Source: Pirellulales bacterium (GTDB taxonomy: Bacteria; Planctomycetota; Planctomycetia; Pirellulales; JAICIG01). From it: a stretch of 64,000 bases of DNA. Location: NCBI GenBank assembly GCA_040901675.1, contig JBBDYJ010000006.1:61288-125287 (forward strand). The letters are read 5' to 3'. The notes under the pieces were generated by a model. It searched no databases. It was given only the letters and a program-made list of their open reading frames with translations, and had not been told where the DNA came from. The position numbers and the translations under genes are program-made. Positions within the stretch are counted from its first letter, which is position 1, and every line of letters begins with the position of its first letter. Positions 1-10,018 of this stretch are shown one piece after another.

Positions 1-101
1 CACAAGAGACGCAGTGGCACAAGAGACGCAGTGGCACAAGAGACGCAGTGGCACAAGAGACGCAGTGGCACAGGAGAGGCAGCGGCACAGGAAGGCGGCA
101 C
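1..101. repeat. 17-bp tandem repeat (CACAAGAGACGCAGTGG), truncated by the window edge
   Basis: Four exact units at 1-68, then degenerate units to about 101; related units at about 141-172. Confidence 0.9.
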
Positions 102-175
102 TGCTTCTCGGCAGCCGGCTGCGCCGGCAGCCTCCAAGCAGTGGCGCGGGAGACGGCGTGGCACGGGAGACGGGG

Positions 176-1036
176 TCAGGGGGCCTCAATCTTGCGAAAG
201 GCGTCGGCCAGGAACCGCAACAGATCGGTGGCGATCAGCGATACCTGCCCCAGTTGCTCGGCCGCCAGGTCGCCGGCCAGCCCGTGCACGTGGGTTCCCA
301 GGCGGGCGGCCTCATACGGCGCGAGTCCCTGGGCCAACAGCGCGGCCAAGATGCCCGTGAGCACGTCGCCCGTGCCGCCGGTGGCCATGCCCGGATTGCC
401 CGTGGCGTTGTGGGCACAGCGGCGGCCGTCGGTGATCAGCGTGTGATGGCCTTTGAGCACGATGACGGCCCCCCACTGGGCGGCCAGCCTGGCGGCCTGG
501 TCCTCCTGCTCGTGGCGGTCGGCATCGCGATCGAGGTTGCCGCCGAGCCGCTTGAATTCGCCCGGGTGAGGCGTCAAGAGCCGCGCTGCAGCCGGCGTCT
601 GAAGCGCCGAGCGGCGGCCGGCCAGCGCGTTCAGCGCATCGGCGTCGAATACGCCGGGCAGCGGCAGGCTGGTGTACATCCAAGCCACCAGCTCGGTAAG
701 CTCGGCCGACTGGCCGAGTCCCGGACCAACCGCCAGCACCGTGGCGCGGCGGGCCAGCTCGGCAATCGGCTCGCGGGCCTCGATCGCGAGGCGGCCCTCT
801 CGATCGCAGGGCAAGGGCTGCGTCATATACGATGGCTCGAACGAGGCCACCGTATCGGCGCAGACCTCCGGCACGGCCAGTTGTACGAGTCCCGCGCCGC
901 CGCGCAACGCCGCGATGCCGGCCAGGCCGGCGGCGCCGGCCATCGAGCGCGATCCGCCGACGATGAGCACGCGGCCGAAATCGCCTTTGTGGCTGTCGGC
1001 CTTGCGTGGGGCCAATCGAGGCAGGTCGGGAGTCAC
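176..1036 (-). CDS. nnrD: ADP-dependent NAD(P)H-hydrate dehydratase (YjeF C-terminal domain)
   Basis: Motifs HKGDFGRVLIVGGS, VGPGLG, DADAL, LTPHPGEF, VLKG, GNPGMATGGTGDVL. Confidence 0.93.
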   Translation of the reverse strand: MTPDLPRLAPRKADSHKGDFGRVLIVGGSRSMAGAAGLAGIAALRGGAGLVQLAVPEVCADTVASFEPSYMTQPLPCDREGRLAIEAREPIAELARRATVLAVGPGLGQSAELTELVAWMYTSLPLPGVFDADALNALAGRRSALQTPAAARLLTPHPGEFKRLGGNLDRDADRHEQEDQAARLAAQWGAVIVLKGHHTLITDGRRCAHNATGNPGMATGGTGDVLTGILAALLAQGLAPYEAARLGTHVHGLAGDLAAEQLGQVSLIATDLLRFLADAFRKIEAP

Positions 1037-1048
1037 GGCGGATGGTCC

Positions 1049-1843
1049 TTACGGCTTGGCGCCGCGGGCTTGTGCGGCTTTGTGGGCGATTAGCCCGGCC
1101 AGGTAACCTCCCTTGAAGCCGGCATCGATGTTGACCACGGCCACGTTGGCGGCGCAGCTATTGAGCATGCCGAGCAAGGCCGCCAGTCCTCCCAGGCTGG
1201 CACCGTACCCGACGCTGGTGGGCACGGCGATCACGGGGCAAGCAACCGAGCCGCCGACGACGCTGGGCAGCGCGCCTTCCATACCGGCAACGACCACCAC
1301 GGCGTCGGCGTGGGCAAACTCGTGCAGGCGCGCCGGCAGGCGCTGGGGTCCCGCCACGCCGACGTCCTGAATGAGGATCACCCGCGAGCCCATCCAGCGG
1401 ACGGTATCGCAGGCCTCTTCGGCCACGGGGAGGTCGCTGGTGCCGGCCGTGATAACAGCCACGAAACCGTGTTGTTCGCCGGGCTGTTCGCCGGGCAGCG
1501 GCGTGCCGCCGACCGGGATCCGCAGGGTGCGGCCGGTCGGGTTATAGCTCCCGCTGGGAAAGGCGGAAAGCAAGGCGGCGGCCTGGTCGGGCGAGACGCG
1601 GGTGGCCAACACGGCGGCGCCGTCGGCCAAGAGGGCTTGGAAGATCTTTCGCAGCGATTCGACGGTTTTGTCCTGGGCGAAGACCACTTCGGGAAAACCG
1701 CACCGCCGCCGCCGGTCGAGATCGACCTGCGCTTCGCCCAGGTTGGCAATGCCCGGCGCGGCCAGCCGCTCGACGAAATCATCCACCGACATCTGTCCGG
1801 CCAGCAGACCTTCGGCCAACCGTCGTGCATCTGGGGATTGCAT
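1049..1843 (-). CDS. larB: Nickel-pincer cofactor biosynthesis protein LarB (PurE-like)
   Basis: Motifs DLDRRRRCGFPEVVF, AGTSDLPVAEE, DVGVAG, AGMEGAL, PTSVGYG, VVNIDAGF. Confidence 0.9.
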   Translation of the reverse strand: MQSPDARRLAEGLLAGQMSVDDFVERLAAPGIANLGEAQVDLDRRRRCGFPEVVFAQDKTVESLRKIFQALLADGAAVLATRVSPDQAAALLSAFPSGSYNPTGRTLRIPVGGTPLPGEQPGEQHGFVAVITAGTSDLPVAEEACDTVRWMGSRVILIQDVGVAGPQRLPARLHEFAHADAVVVVAGMEGALPSVVGGSVACPVIAVPTSVGYGASLGGLAALLGMLNSCAANVAVVNIDAGFKGGYLAGLIAHKAAQARGAKP

Positions 1844-1931
1844 TCGTTCAATCGTACCCCATGCGATTTTGTATTGCCAACCGGGCCGGCAAGTGATAGC
1901 AAGTCCTGGAACCGGTCACGAGTTACAGCTT

Positions 1932-1955
1932 CCTCACGCGGAGCGTGAGGGCTAC
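1932..1955 (-). repeat. GTAG-type REP-like palindrome
   Basis: CCTCACGC-GGA-GCGTGAGG hairpin followed by GCTAC (GTAG on the minus strand). Confidence 0.65.
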
Positions 1956-1987
1956 TTTGGAGCTACCTCACGTCCCGGCGCGCCGGG

Positions 1988-3154
1988 ATGAGGGCGACTA
2001 GAGTTCAACATGTCAACGAGGGAGGCTCGGCGTTGGGATCGCCGCGTTCAAAAGCCGAACCAAGCGACCGCTTTGCCGCGCGGCGGGGACGCCTGGTCAA
2101 GGGGCTGGCCAGGCACGGCATCGACTCTTTGCTGGTGACAAACTTCACGAACGTCACGTACCTTACGGGGTTTACCGGGGACGACACCTGGCTGCTGTTG
2201 AGCCGGACCGACGCCATCCTGGTGAGCGACGCCCGCTACACCACGCAATTGGGACAGGAGTGCCCGGCGCTAGCGCGCCACATTCGCCCGACGGGAACGA
2301 GCCTGGCCGACGCCGCGGCGCGAGTGGCCAGGAGCGCCCGCCCGGGCCGGCTGGGCATCGAAGCGGATTCGATGACGGTTGCGTCGCATGCCCGGCTGGC
2401 CGACAAGCTGCGAAAAGTGACCGTGCTGCCGACGTCGGGGCTGGTCGAAAACCTGCGGCAGATCAAAGACCGCGAGGAAGTGGCCGAGATCACCCTGGCC
2501 GCCCGGCAGGCCGAGCGGGCATTTGCCGTGGTGCGCGCAGGTCTCCGCTTGGACCAGACCGAAAAGGAAGTGGCCGACGAGCTGGAACACCAATTGCGGT
2601 TGTTCGGCGCCCGCGGCAGCAGCTTCGCTCCGATCGTGGCCGTGGGGCCGCGTGCCGCCCTGCCGCACGCCCGGCCTGGGGATGCCAGGATCGGCTCGGC
2701 CGAGTTCGTGCTGATCGACTGGGGAGCGACGGCGCGGCTGTACAAGAGCGACTTGACGAGAGTTTTGGTGACGGCTAGAATCTCGCCAAAACTCGAACGA
2801 GTATATGGACTTGTGTTAACAGCACAGCGGCGGGCCATCGAGGCGATCCGCCCTGGAGTCACCGGCCGGGAAGTCGACGCTGTCGCGCGAGGGATCATTG
2901 CCGACGCGGGTTTCGGCAAGTATTTCGGCCACGGCCTGGGGCACGGCGTGGGCCTCGACATTCACGAAGCACCTCGGCTCAGCGTGGCGAACGATTCTCC
3001 CCTGAAGGCCGGCATGGTCGTGACGGTGGAGCCGGGGATCTACCTGCCTGGTTGGGGTGGAGTCCGGATCGAAGACGACGTGCTGGTGAGCCGGGCCGGC
3101 CACCGCGTGCTGACGGACTGCCCAAAGGAACTGGAAGACGCGGTTGTCGGATAG
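1988..3154 (+). CDS. Xaa-Pro aminopeptidase, M24 family (start uncertain)
   Basis: YLTGFTG, DARY, FGHGLGHGVGLDIHEAP, TVEPGIY, GVRIEDD. Confidence 0.92.
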   Translation: MRATRVQHVNEGGSALGSPRSKAEPSDRFAARRGRLVKGLARHGIDSLLVTNFTNVTYLTGFTGDDTWLLLSRTDAILVSDARYTTQLGQECPALARHIRPTGTSLADAAARVARSARPGRLGIEADSMTVASHARLADKLRKVTVLPTSGLVENLRQIKDREEVAEITLAARQAERAFAVVRAGLRLDQTEKEVADELEHQLRLFGARGSSFAPIVAVGPRAALPHARPGDARIGSAEFVLIDWGATARLYKSDLTRVLVTARISPKLERVYGLVLTAQRRAIEAIRPGVTGREVDAVARGIIADAGFGKYFGHGLGHGVGLDIHEAPRLSVANDSPLKAGMVVTVEPGIYLPGWGGVRIEDDVLVSRAGHRVLTDCPKELEDAVVG

Positions 3155-3237
3155 AGCGGTTCCACGACAGGTTCCGGGCAGTGTGGGAGTTGGGGTGCCT
3201 TGAGGGATAGCAGGTCCGAGAGAGTTGGAGAATCGGC

Positions 3238-3738
3238 ATGACCGGCCCAGCGCCCAACTCGGGCGACGTATTCGATGTGCGCAGGATTCGCCGCCTGGTC
3301 GAGCTGATGAACGAGCACGATCTGAGCGAGCTCGACCTGCGCGATGGGGGGGTGCGGATCCGCCTGCGGAAGCAGCGCGACGCTCAGGTCAGCATGATGG
3401 CCCCCGGACCATTGGCGGCGCCGGGGGGCAGCACGGCGGCGGCCGCAACCGGCCCCGGGCCGACGGCGGGAGTCGATGGCTCGACGGGTGAGCACATCGC
3501 GGTGATCAAGAGCATCATGGTGGGCACTTTTTTCGCGGCCCCCAGCCCCGAGGCGGCGCCGTTCGTCAAAGTGGGGGACCACGTGGGGCCGGACACCACG
3601 GTCTGCATCATCGAGGCCATGAAGGTCTTCAACGAGATCCCCTCCGGCGTATCCGGCCAGATCGTGGCGGTGCTGGTCGATTCCGGCGACCCGGTGGAAT
3701 ACGGACAGCCGCTGTTCAAGGTCGATACCCGCCAGTAA
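3238..3738 (+). CDS. accB: Acetyl-CoA carboxylase biotin carboxyl carrier protein
   Basis: EAMKVFNEI biotinylation motif; adjacent to accC. Confidence 0.95.
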   Translation: MTGPAPNSGDVFDVRRIRRLVELMNEHDLSELDLRDGGVRIRLRKQRDAQVSMMAPGPLAAPGGSTAAAATGPGPTAGVDGSTGEHIAVIKSIMVGTFFAAPSPEAAPFVKVGDHVGPDTTVCIIEAMKVFNEIPSGVSGQIVAVLVDSGDPVEYGQPLFKVDTRQ

Positions 3739-3763
3739 CCCAGCGAGCGTGCCGACGGCGTCG

Positions 3764-5107
3764 ATGTTCAAGCGCATCCTGGTCGCCAATCGTGGGGAGA
3801 TAGCCCTGCGCATCATTCGCGCTTGTCGGGAGCTGGGCGTCGAAACGGTGGCGATCTTCAGCGAGGCGGACCGCGGCGCGCAGTACCTGGAATTGGCCGA
3901 CGAGGCCTATTGCGTGGGCCCGGCCAAGGGGTCGGACAGCTACCTGAAGATCGACCGCGTGATCAGCGCGGCTGAGATCGGCAACGTGCAGGCGATCCAT
4001 CCGGGCTATGGATTCTTGTCGGAGAACGCGCACTTCAACGAGGTCTGCCGCAGTTGCAACATCGATTTCATCGGTCCCTCGCACGAGGCGATGCGGCTGC
4101 TGGGAGACAAGAACGAGGCCCGCCGCCTGGCCCGCGAGGCCAACGTGCCCACGGTGCCCGGCAGCGAGGGGCTGATCGCCGACGAGCGGCAGGCCGTGGA
4201 GGTGGCCCACCGGATCGGTTTTCCGGTGTTGATCAAGGCCTCGGCGGGCGGCGGCGGCCGCGGGATGCGAGTCGCCTCGAACGACCTGGCCTTGAAGAGC
4301 GCGTTGCAGCAGGCGCAGGCCGAGGCGGCGGCGGCCTTCGGCGATCCGAGCATCTACCTGGAGAAGTACGTCGAGAACCCCCGGCACATCGAGGTGCAGA
4401 TCCTGGCGGACCAGCACGGCAACGTGGTGCACCTGTGGGAGCGGGACTGCACCATGCAGCGGCGGCACCAGAAGGTGATCGAGGAGAGCCCGGCGCCGCA
4501 CCTGGCCGACAGCGTGCGGACCGAGATCTGCACGGCGGCGGTGCGGCTGATCCGGGCCGCCCAATATACCAACGCGGGGACCGTGGAGTTCATCGTTGAC
4601 CGGCAGGGACGTTTCTATTTCATCGAAGTCAACGCCCGGATCCAGGTGGAGCATCCGGTGACCGAGATGGTGACGGGCATCGACTTGATCAAGGCGCAAT
4701 TGCGGGTGGCGGCGGGCGAGCCGCTGCCCTTTACTCAGGAGGAGATCCGGACGACCGGTGTGGCGTTGGAGTGCCGGATCAACGCGGAGGATCCGGCGCG
4801 GAACTTCCAGCCTTCGCCGGGCAAGATCGAACGGCTGCTGGTGCCGGGCGGGTTCGGCGTGCGGTTCGATTCTCACGTGCACACGGGATACGTGGTGACG
4901 CCCCATTACGACTCGATGATCGGCAAGCTGATCGTCCATCAGCCCAGCCGCGAGGAGGCGATCGGCTCGATGCGGCGGGCCCTGCTGGAGCTGCGGGTGG
5001 AAGGCATCAAGACCACGGTGCCCCGCCTGTTGGACATTCTCAGCCATGCGGCCTTTTCCGACGGCCAGGTCGACACGACCTTCATCGAGCGCACCTGGCC
5101 AAGTTGA
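3764..5107 (+). CDS. accC: Acetyl-CoA carboxylase biotin carboxylase subunit
   Basis: [45 protein letters not shown]. Confidence 0.96.
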   Translation: MFKRILVANRGEIALRIIRACRELGVETVAIFSEADRGAQYLELADEAYCVGPAKGSDSYLKIDRVISAAEIGNVQAIHPGYGFLSENAHFNEVCRSCNIDFIGPSHEAMRLLGDKNEARRLAREANVPTVPGSEGLIADERQAVEVAHRIGFPVLIKASAGGGGRGMRVASNDLALKSALQQAQAEAAAAFGDPSIYLEKYVENPRHIEVQILADQHGNVVHLWERDCTMQRRHQKVIEESPAPHLADSVRTEICTAAVRLIRAAQYTNAGTVEFIVDRQGRFYFIEVNARIQVEHPVTEMVTGIDLIKAQLRVAAGEPLPFTQEEIRTTGVALECRINAEDPARNFQPSPGKIERLLVPGGFGVRFDSHVHTGYVVTPHYDSMIGKLIVHQPSREEAIGSMRRALLELRVEGIKTTVPRLLDILSHAAFSDGQVDTTFIERTWPS

Positions 5108-5172
5108 TCTTTCCGGCGGCGGACGCCATGCTGGAAGTGGGAGCCATCTCGGATCCAGGGGAGTGATTTGTC

Positions 5173-6483
5173 ATGACCACACTTTCGCGGCCGCCCCGAT
5201 CGCAGAGCTCGTTTCGCCGCGTGGCGATGTTGTTTGCCGGCGGGCCGGCCCCCGCGGCCAACGCGGTGATCTCGACGGCGGCGGTGTCGTTTCTGCGCAA
5301 CAACATCCAGGTGGTGGGCATCATGCATGGGTACGCGCACCTGGTGGAGTACCGGCCGGACCAGCCCTTGGTGGAAGGGCGCGATTACGTGGTCATCGAC
5401 CACAAGATGCTGAGGCGAAGCCGCAACAGCCAGGGGATTATGATCGGCACGGCCCGGACGAATCCCGGCAGGGACGTGTCGCACCCCGATCACCTGGGAG
5501 ATCCGGACCGAACGGCGCCGTTGCGGACGGTGTACGACGCGCTGATGTCGCTCGGCGTCGACGCGCTGGTGTCGATCGGCGGCGACGACACGCTCAAGAC
5601 GGCCAACAAGTTCAAATTGTTTCAGAACCACCTGCCGGGCGAGCTGCGGAGAATACCGGTGATTCACCTGCCCAAGACGATCGACAACGATTACATGGGC
5701 ATCGACTTCACGTTCGGCTATTTCACGGCCGTCGAGACGCTGGCCAGCGAGATCCGCAACCTGCTGGCCGACGCGGAGGCGGGGCGCAACTATTACCTTA
5801 CGGAAACCATGGGCCGCAGCGCCGGCTGGCTGGCTTACGGCGCCGCCATTGCCGGCGAGGCCAGCCTGGTGATCAGCGTGGAGGACATCACCGGGAAATA
5901 TCGGGGCGAAGAGCCGTGGTCGAACCCGGAGACGGGGCAGGTCGAGCCGCGGCCGATCATGAAGGTCGACGAAGTGGTGAGGCGGATCGTGGCGACCATG
6001 CGGGCGCGCGAGGAGGAAGAAGGCAAGGACTTCGGCGTGATCGTGATGGCTGAAGGGCTGGCGGAATACCTGCCGATGCAATACCTGGAAGGGATTGGCC
6101 GCGACGACCACGGTCACATTTCCATTTCCCAGGTGAACTTGGGCAGGAGCTTCGCCAAGCTGGTGAGCGAGGAGTATAAGAAGCAGACGGGCAAGAGCCG
6201 CAAAGTCACCGGCTTGCAGCTTGGCTACGAGGCGCGGTGCGCCAGGCCTCATGCTTTCGACGTGATGCTGGGGAGCCAACTGGGCGTGGGCGCTTATTGC
6301 GCGCTGGTCGAAGAGAACCTGAACGGAGTCATGGTATCCGTGTCGGGCCAACTGGAATTGAACTACGTGCCGTTCGAGGCGCTGGTCGATCCGCGCACGC
6401 TGGTGACGATGGTGCGTTACGTGGAACCGGGCTCAGACTTTCATCGCCTGGCCCGGTTCCTGGAAACGTACGTCAACGAGTGA
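5173..6483 (+). CDS. pfp: 6-phosphofructokinase, probably PPi-dependent
   Basis: GGPAP, GGDDT, PKTIDND, MGRSAGW; the GGDD/PKTIDND pair is typical of PPi-using enzymes. Confidence 0.8.
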   Translation: MTTLSRPPRSQSSFRRVAMLFAGGPAPAANAVISTAAVSFLRNNIQVVGIMHGYAHLVEYRPDQPLVEGRDYVVIDHKMLRRSRNSQGIMIGTARTNPGRDVSHPDHLGDPDRTAPLRTVYDALMSLGVDALVSIGGDDTLKTANKFKLFQNHLPGELRRIPVIHLPKTIDNDYMGIDFTFGYFTAVETLASEIRNLLADAEAGRNYYLTETMGRSAGWLAYGAAIAGEASLVISVEDITGKYRGEEPWSNPETGQVEPRPIMKVDEVVRRIVATMRAREEEEGKDFGVIVMAEGLAEYLPMQYLEGIGRDDHGHISISQVNLGRSFAKLVSEEYKKQTGKSRKVTGLQLGYEARCARPHAFDVMLGSQLGVGAYCALVEENLNGVMVSVSGQLELNYVPFEALVDPRTLVTMVRYVEPGSDFHRLARFLETYVNE

Positions 6484-6519
6484 AAATCGGCCCGGCCAGG
6501 CGGTTGGCGGCCCGGGGCG

Positions 6520-6885
6520 TCACTGCAGTCTGGACAGCGCATCCAAGGCCCTCTTGGCCTTTTCGACGCCGCCTAAGTGGTCCGCCAGCTTCTTGGCTTC
6601 CATGAGGAGGCTCAGGGATACGGTGTCATTGGAGGAGCGGGCCCGAGCGGCAGTCGCCCGCTTTGTGCCCTTGCGGCGCCTGCGACGTTTCTTTTTCGTC
6701 ATGCGTGAGCCGCCGTACTTGATGTTGCTGACCAGCGCGGGCGAGACCTCCAGGCCCTGCGCGCCTAACGAAGCGATCACTTCCTTGGGGCCCGCCCCGG
6801 GATTCGTCTTGAGATAGTCTCGGATTGCCTGCGACTTGTTAACGCCTCCCGCGGACGCGCGCCTGCGACGTTTCTTTTTCGCCAT
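6520..6885 (-). CDS. Small, very basic hypothetical protein (putative DNA-binding)
   Basis: 121 aa with two KKKRRRR tracts and NKSQAIRDYL...VSNIK helices; RBS-like GGAG upstream. Confidence 0.75.
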   Translation of the reverse strand: MAKKKRRRRASAGGVNKSQAIRDYLKTNPGAGPKEVIASLGAQGLEVSPALVSNIKYGGSRMTKKKRRRRRKGTKRATAARARSSNDTVSLSLLMEAKKLADHLGGVEKAKRALDALSRLQ

Positions 6886-7188
6886 CGGATGCTTTTCTCC
6901 AAAACGAGTAAGCCCACTAGAGTAAGGCGCCTAGGATAGTTTCTTCTCACACGCAATTCCAGTGGCCAAAAGCGGGTTTTCAGAAAAAAGGCGCCTCAAC
7001 GCGGCTTGCGTGCACGTGACATCTTACAGCATGACTTATCTGTGCGGACATGTGTTTCGAGAGGGTCCGTGGATCCGTAGAGTGCGCAAGGAGCATGAAT
7101 TCGACGAAATAGTTGCCACAGCGGGTCCGGTTCGCTTAGAGTATTGCAGTATTGGTCGATCCATCCCGCACACAGTGAGATCCCTCCC

Positions 7189-9471
7189 ATGATTTCCGAT
7201 TGGAGTGGAGCCGCCTGGGATCGCCCGCGGCTGAAGCCCATCACCGCGCTGGCGGCGCTGGCACTGGGCCTGGTTGCACTGGACCTGGTTCCACTGGGCC
7301 TGATTCCACTGGGCCTGCTGGGCGCCAGCGAGACGGCGCTGGCCAAGGCCCCGACGGCACTCGCCCCGGGTAAGCTTCCCAACGACAGCCGGTTGGGATC
7401 TTTGAAGGACTTGAACGGTTACTTTCCATTTCAACCCAGCCCGACCCCCGAAGCATGGGCCCAGCGCGCCGAGCGCGTCCGCCGGCAAACGCTGGTGGCC
7501 ACAGGCCTGTGGCCCATGCCAACCGCCACGCCGGCCAACGCCGTGGTACACGGCCTGGTAGATCGCGGCGAGTACACCGTCGAGCGCGTGTACCTGGAGA
7601 GCTTCCCCGGTCATTTCGTCACGGGAAACCTGTATCGTCCCAAGGGCCGCACCGGAAAACTGCCGGGCGTGTTGTGCCCGCACGGCCACTGGGCCAACGG
7701 CCGATTCGTGGACCAGGGAGCCGAAGAGATCCGGCGGCAGATCGTGCAAGGAGCCGAGCGGTTCGAGAAGAGCGGCCGCTATCCACTGCAAGCGCGGTGC
7801 GTGCAATTGGCGCGGATGGGGTGCATCGTGTTCCACTACGACATGGTGGGATATGCCGACAGCCAGCAGATCCCCTCCCAAGTGGCGCACGGCTTCAGCC
7901 AGGCCAGGCCCGACATGGACCAGCCCGACGCCTGGGGGTTCTTCAGCACCCAGGCCGAGCTGCGGCTGCAGAGCATTATGGGATTGCAGACGTACAACTC
8001 GGTCCGAGCGCTCGATTGGCTGTGCGGCCTGAGCGACGTGGACGGCGAGCGGATCGGCGTGACGGGCGCCAGCGGCGGCGGCACGCAGACGTTCATTCTG
8101 TCGGCGATCGACCCCCGTCCCGCCGTGCAGTTTCCGGCCGTGATGGTTTCGACCGCGATGCAGGGAGGCTGCACCTGCGAGAACTGCGATTATCTGCGCG
8201 TGGACACGGGCAACATCGAATTGGCGGCCTTGTTCGCCCCCAAGCCGTTGGCAATGACTGGGGCCGACGATTGGACGATCGAGATCGCAACCAAGGGCCT
8301 GCCGGAGCTGAAGCAGCACTACGGCATGCTGGGCGCGGAAGAGATGGTGATGGCGGCGCCTTTGAACCACTTCAAGCACAACTACAACTACGTCAGCCGC
8401 GCGGTGATGTACAGTTGGTTCAACCGGCACCTGAAGCTTGGCCATGAGGACCCGATCGTCGAGGAGGATTTCGAGCCGCTGAGCGTGGCCGAAATGACCG
8501 TCTGGACGGAGGGTCACCCGCGTCCCGCGTCGGGCGAGGATTATGAGCGGAGCCTGCTGGCCGTCATGACGAACGACTCGCAGCGGCAGATCATGGACCT
8601 GGAGCCCAAAGATGCGCCGTCGCTGGAAACGTACCGCCAGGTGATCGGCGGCGCAATGGACGTGATGATTGGCCGCGGGTTGCCCGCCGCCGGCGCCGTG
8701 GAGTTCGAAGCCAGCGAGAAAGCCGATCGGGAAGGCTTTCGGCAATTCACCGGGTTGCTGCGCCACGCGGCTGCCGGCGAAGAGCTGCCCATGGTGTTCC
8801 TGAAACCCACTCAGTGGAACAAGCGCGTGGTGGTCTGGATCAGCGAGGCGGGAAAGGCCGGCCTGTACGACACGGGGGGCCAGCCGCTGGCCGAAATCCA
8901 GGCGCTGCTGGCCGCCGGCTCCGCGGTCGCCGGAGTCGACTTGTTGTACCAAGGCGAGTTTCTGACGGACGGCCAGCCCGTGAAGAACCGGACCGTCGAT
9001 ACTCCCCGGCAGTTCGCGGGGTTCACGTATGGGTACAACCATCCGCTGTTCGCCAAGCGAGTACACGACATCCTGAGTGCCGTCTCGTATATCAAAAACC
9101 ATCCCGACCAGCCGGAGCGAGTCGACCTGGTGGGTCTCGACGGCGCCGGACCGTGGGTGGCCGCCGCCTGTGCCCAGGCCGGTCGCGCGGTGGATCGGGC
9201 CGTTGTGGACACAGCGGGATTCCGGTTTGCCTCGCTGACCCGCTTCGACGACGCCCATTTTCTGCCCGGGGCGGTGAAGTATGGCGACCTGCCGGCGATC
9301 CTGGCTTTGTTGGCGCCTGGCCGGCTGTGGCTGGCCGGCGAGGGAAGCGAGGGTCTGGGGCTGGTCGAGGCGGCCTATTCCGCGGCCGGCCAGGCCGGTG
9401 CCCTGGAGCGGTACGAGGGAGACGAGCCGTCGGAGGCCCAAGCGGCCGTCGATTGGCTGTTAAAAGGCTAG
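7189..9471 (+). CDS. Secreted alpha/beta-hydrolase (acetylxylan-esterase-like)
   Basis: Hydrophobic signal, LCPHGHW, GVTGASGGGTQT nucleophile elbow, MQGGCTCEN; second degenerate hydrolase domain. Confidence 0.8.
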   Translation: MISDWSGAAWDRPRLKPITALAALALGLVALDLVPLGLIPLGLLGASETALAKAPTALAPGKLPNDSRLGSLKDLNGYFPFQPSPTPEAWAQRAERVRRQTLVATGLWPMPTATPANAVVHGLVDRGEYTVERVYLESFPGHFVTGNLYRPKGRTGKLPGVLCPHGHWANGRFVDQGAEEIRRQIVQGAERFEKSGRYPLQARCVQLARMGCIVFHYDMVGYADSQQIPSQVAHGFSQARPDMDQPDAWGFFSTQAELRLQSIMGLQTYNSVRALDWLCGLSDVDGERIGVTGASGGGTQTFILSAIDPRPAVQFPAVMVSTAMQGGCTCENCDYLRVDTGNIELAALFAPKPLAMTGADDWTIEIATKGLPELKQHYGMLGAEEMVMAAPLNHFKHNYNYVSRAVMYSWFNRHLKLGHEDPIVEEDFEPLSVAEMTVWTEGHPRPASGEDYERSLLAVMTNDSQRQIMDLEPKDAPSLETYRQVIGGAMDVMIGRGLPAAGAVEFEASEKADREGFRQFTGLLRHAAAGEELPMVFLKPTQWNKRVVVWISEAGKAGLYDTGGQPLAEIQALLAAGSAVAGVDLLYQGEFLTDGQPVKNRTVDTPRQFAGFTYGYNHPLFAKRVHDILSAVSYIKNHPDQPERVDLVGLDGAGPWVAAACAQAGRAVDRAVVDTAGFRFASLTRFDDAHFLPGAVKYGDLPAILALLAPGRLWLAGEGSEGLGLVEAAYSAAGQAGALERYEGDEPSEAQAAVDWLLKG
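7261..7320. repeat. 15-bp x4 coding tandem repeat in the signal peptide
   Basis: (G/C)CACTGG(G/A)CCTG-NTN units encode ALGLV-ALDLV-PLGLI-PLGLL. Confidence 0.85.
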
Positions 9472-9512
9472 CAGGCGTCCGGCCCAAGCGGCCGTCGATC
9501 GGTCTGTTAAAA
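9435..9512. repeat. About 31-bp direct duplication of the esterase 3' end
   Basis: GGCCCAAGCGGCCGTCGATTGGCTGTTAAAA (9435-9465) versus GGCCCAAGCGGCCGTCGATCGGTCTGTTAAAA (9481-9512). Confidence 0.85.
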
Positions 9513-9600
9513 ACGTTCTTCCGGATTTTCAGTGGGGTACAATCGGTCAGACGGCTGAGGGCGGGGTGTACGAGTTCCTCTTCTCTGATCTGGGCCAACA

Positions 9601-9972
9601 ATGCCTGGTGTCGATTTTGCGGCGGTACGTCGCGCCATTCCGATCGCTCGTGTTTTGGAACTGCTCCGGTTCGAACCCACGCAGCAGCGTCGAAATCAAC
9701 TTCGCGGACCGTGCCCACTCCACGACTCGAAATCCCCTGCAAGTCGCTCTTTTTCAGTGAACTTGGCCAAAAACGCATTCCGGTGCTTTGTCTGCGGTGC
9801 CGCTGGCAACCAGCTCGACCTTTGGTGCCGGGCGAGCAAATTGCCCCTGTTCGAGGCGACCGTCGACCTTTGCGATCGCCTCCAAGTTCCGCTGCCTACG
9901 TCCCAAGATCCTCACCAGTCCATTCCCACACCAGATCAGAGAAGAGGAACCCGTTCTCGCCTCGTTCCGTGA
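9601..9972 (+). CDS. Stand-alone CHC2 (primase-type) zinc-finger protein
   Basis: GPCPLH...SFSVN...FRCFVCGAAGNQLDL; no TOPRIM domain follows. Confidence 0.8.
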   Translation: MPGVDFAAVRRAIPIARVLELLRFEPTQQRRNQLRGPCPLHDSKSPASRSFSVNLAKNAFRCFVCGAAGNQLDLWCRASKLPLFEATVDLCDRLQVPLPTSQDPHQSIPTPDQRRGTRSRLVP

Positions 9973-10018
9973 CTTTCCGCCCCTACCCACTGAAATCCCG
10001 GAAGACCCGTAAAAAAGG

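Noticed and set aside
1..101. Possible CRISPR array
   Set aside because: Units are contiguous 17-mers with no unique spacers, and there are no cas genes in the window.
7036..9441. 801-aa minus-strand ORF and similar long antisense ORFs (e.g. 18233-20578, 12447-14147, 23508-24986)
   Set aside because: These are shadow frames opposite well-supported genes, expected in high-GC DNA, and they show no recognisable motifs.
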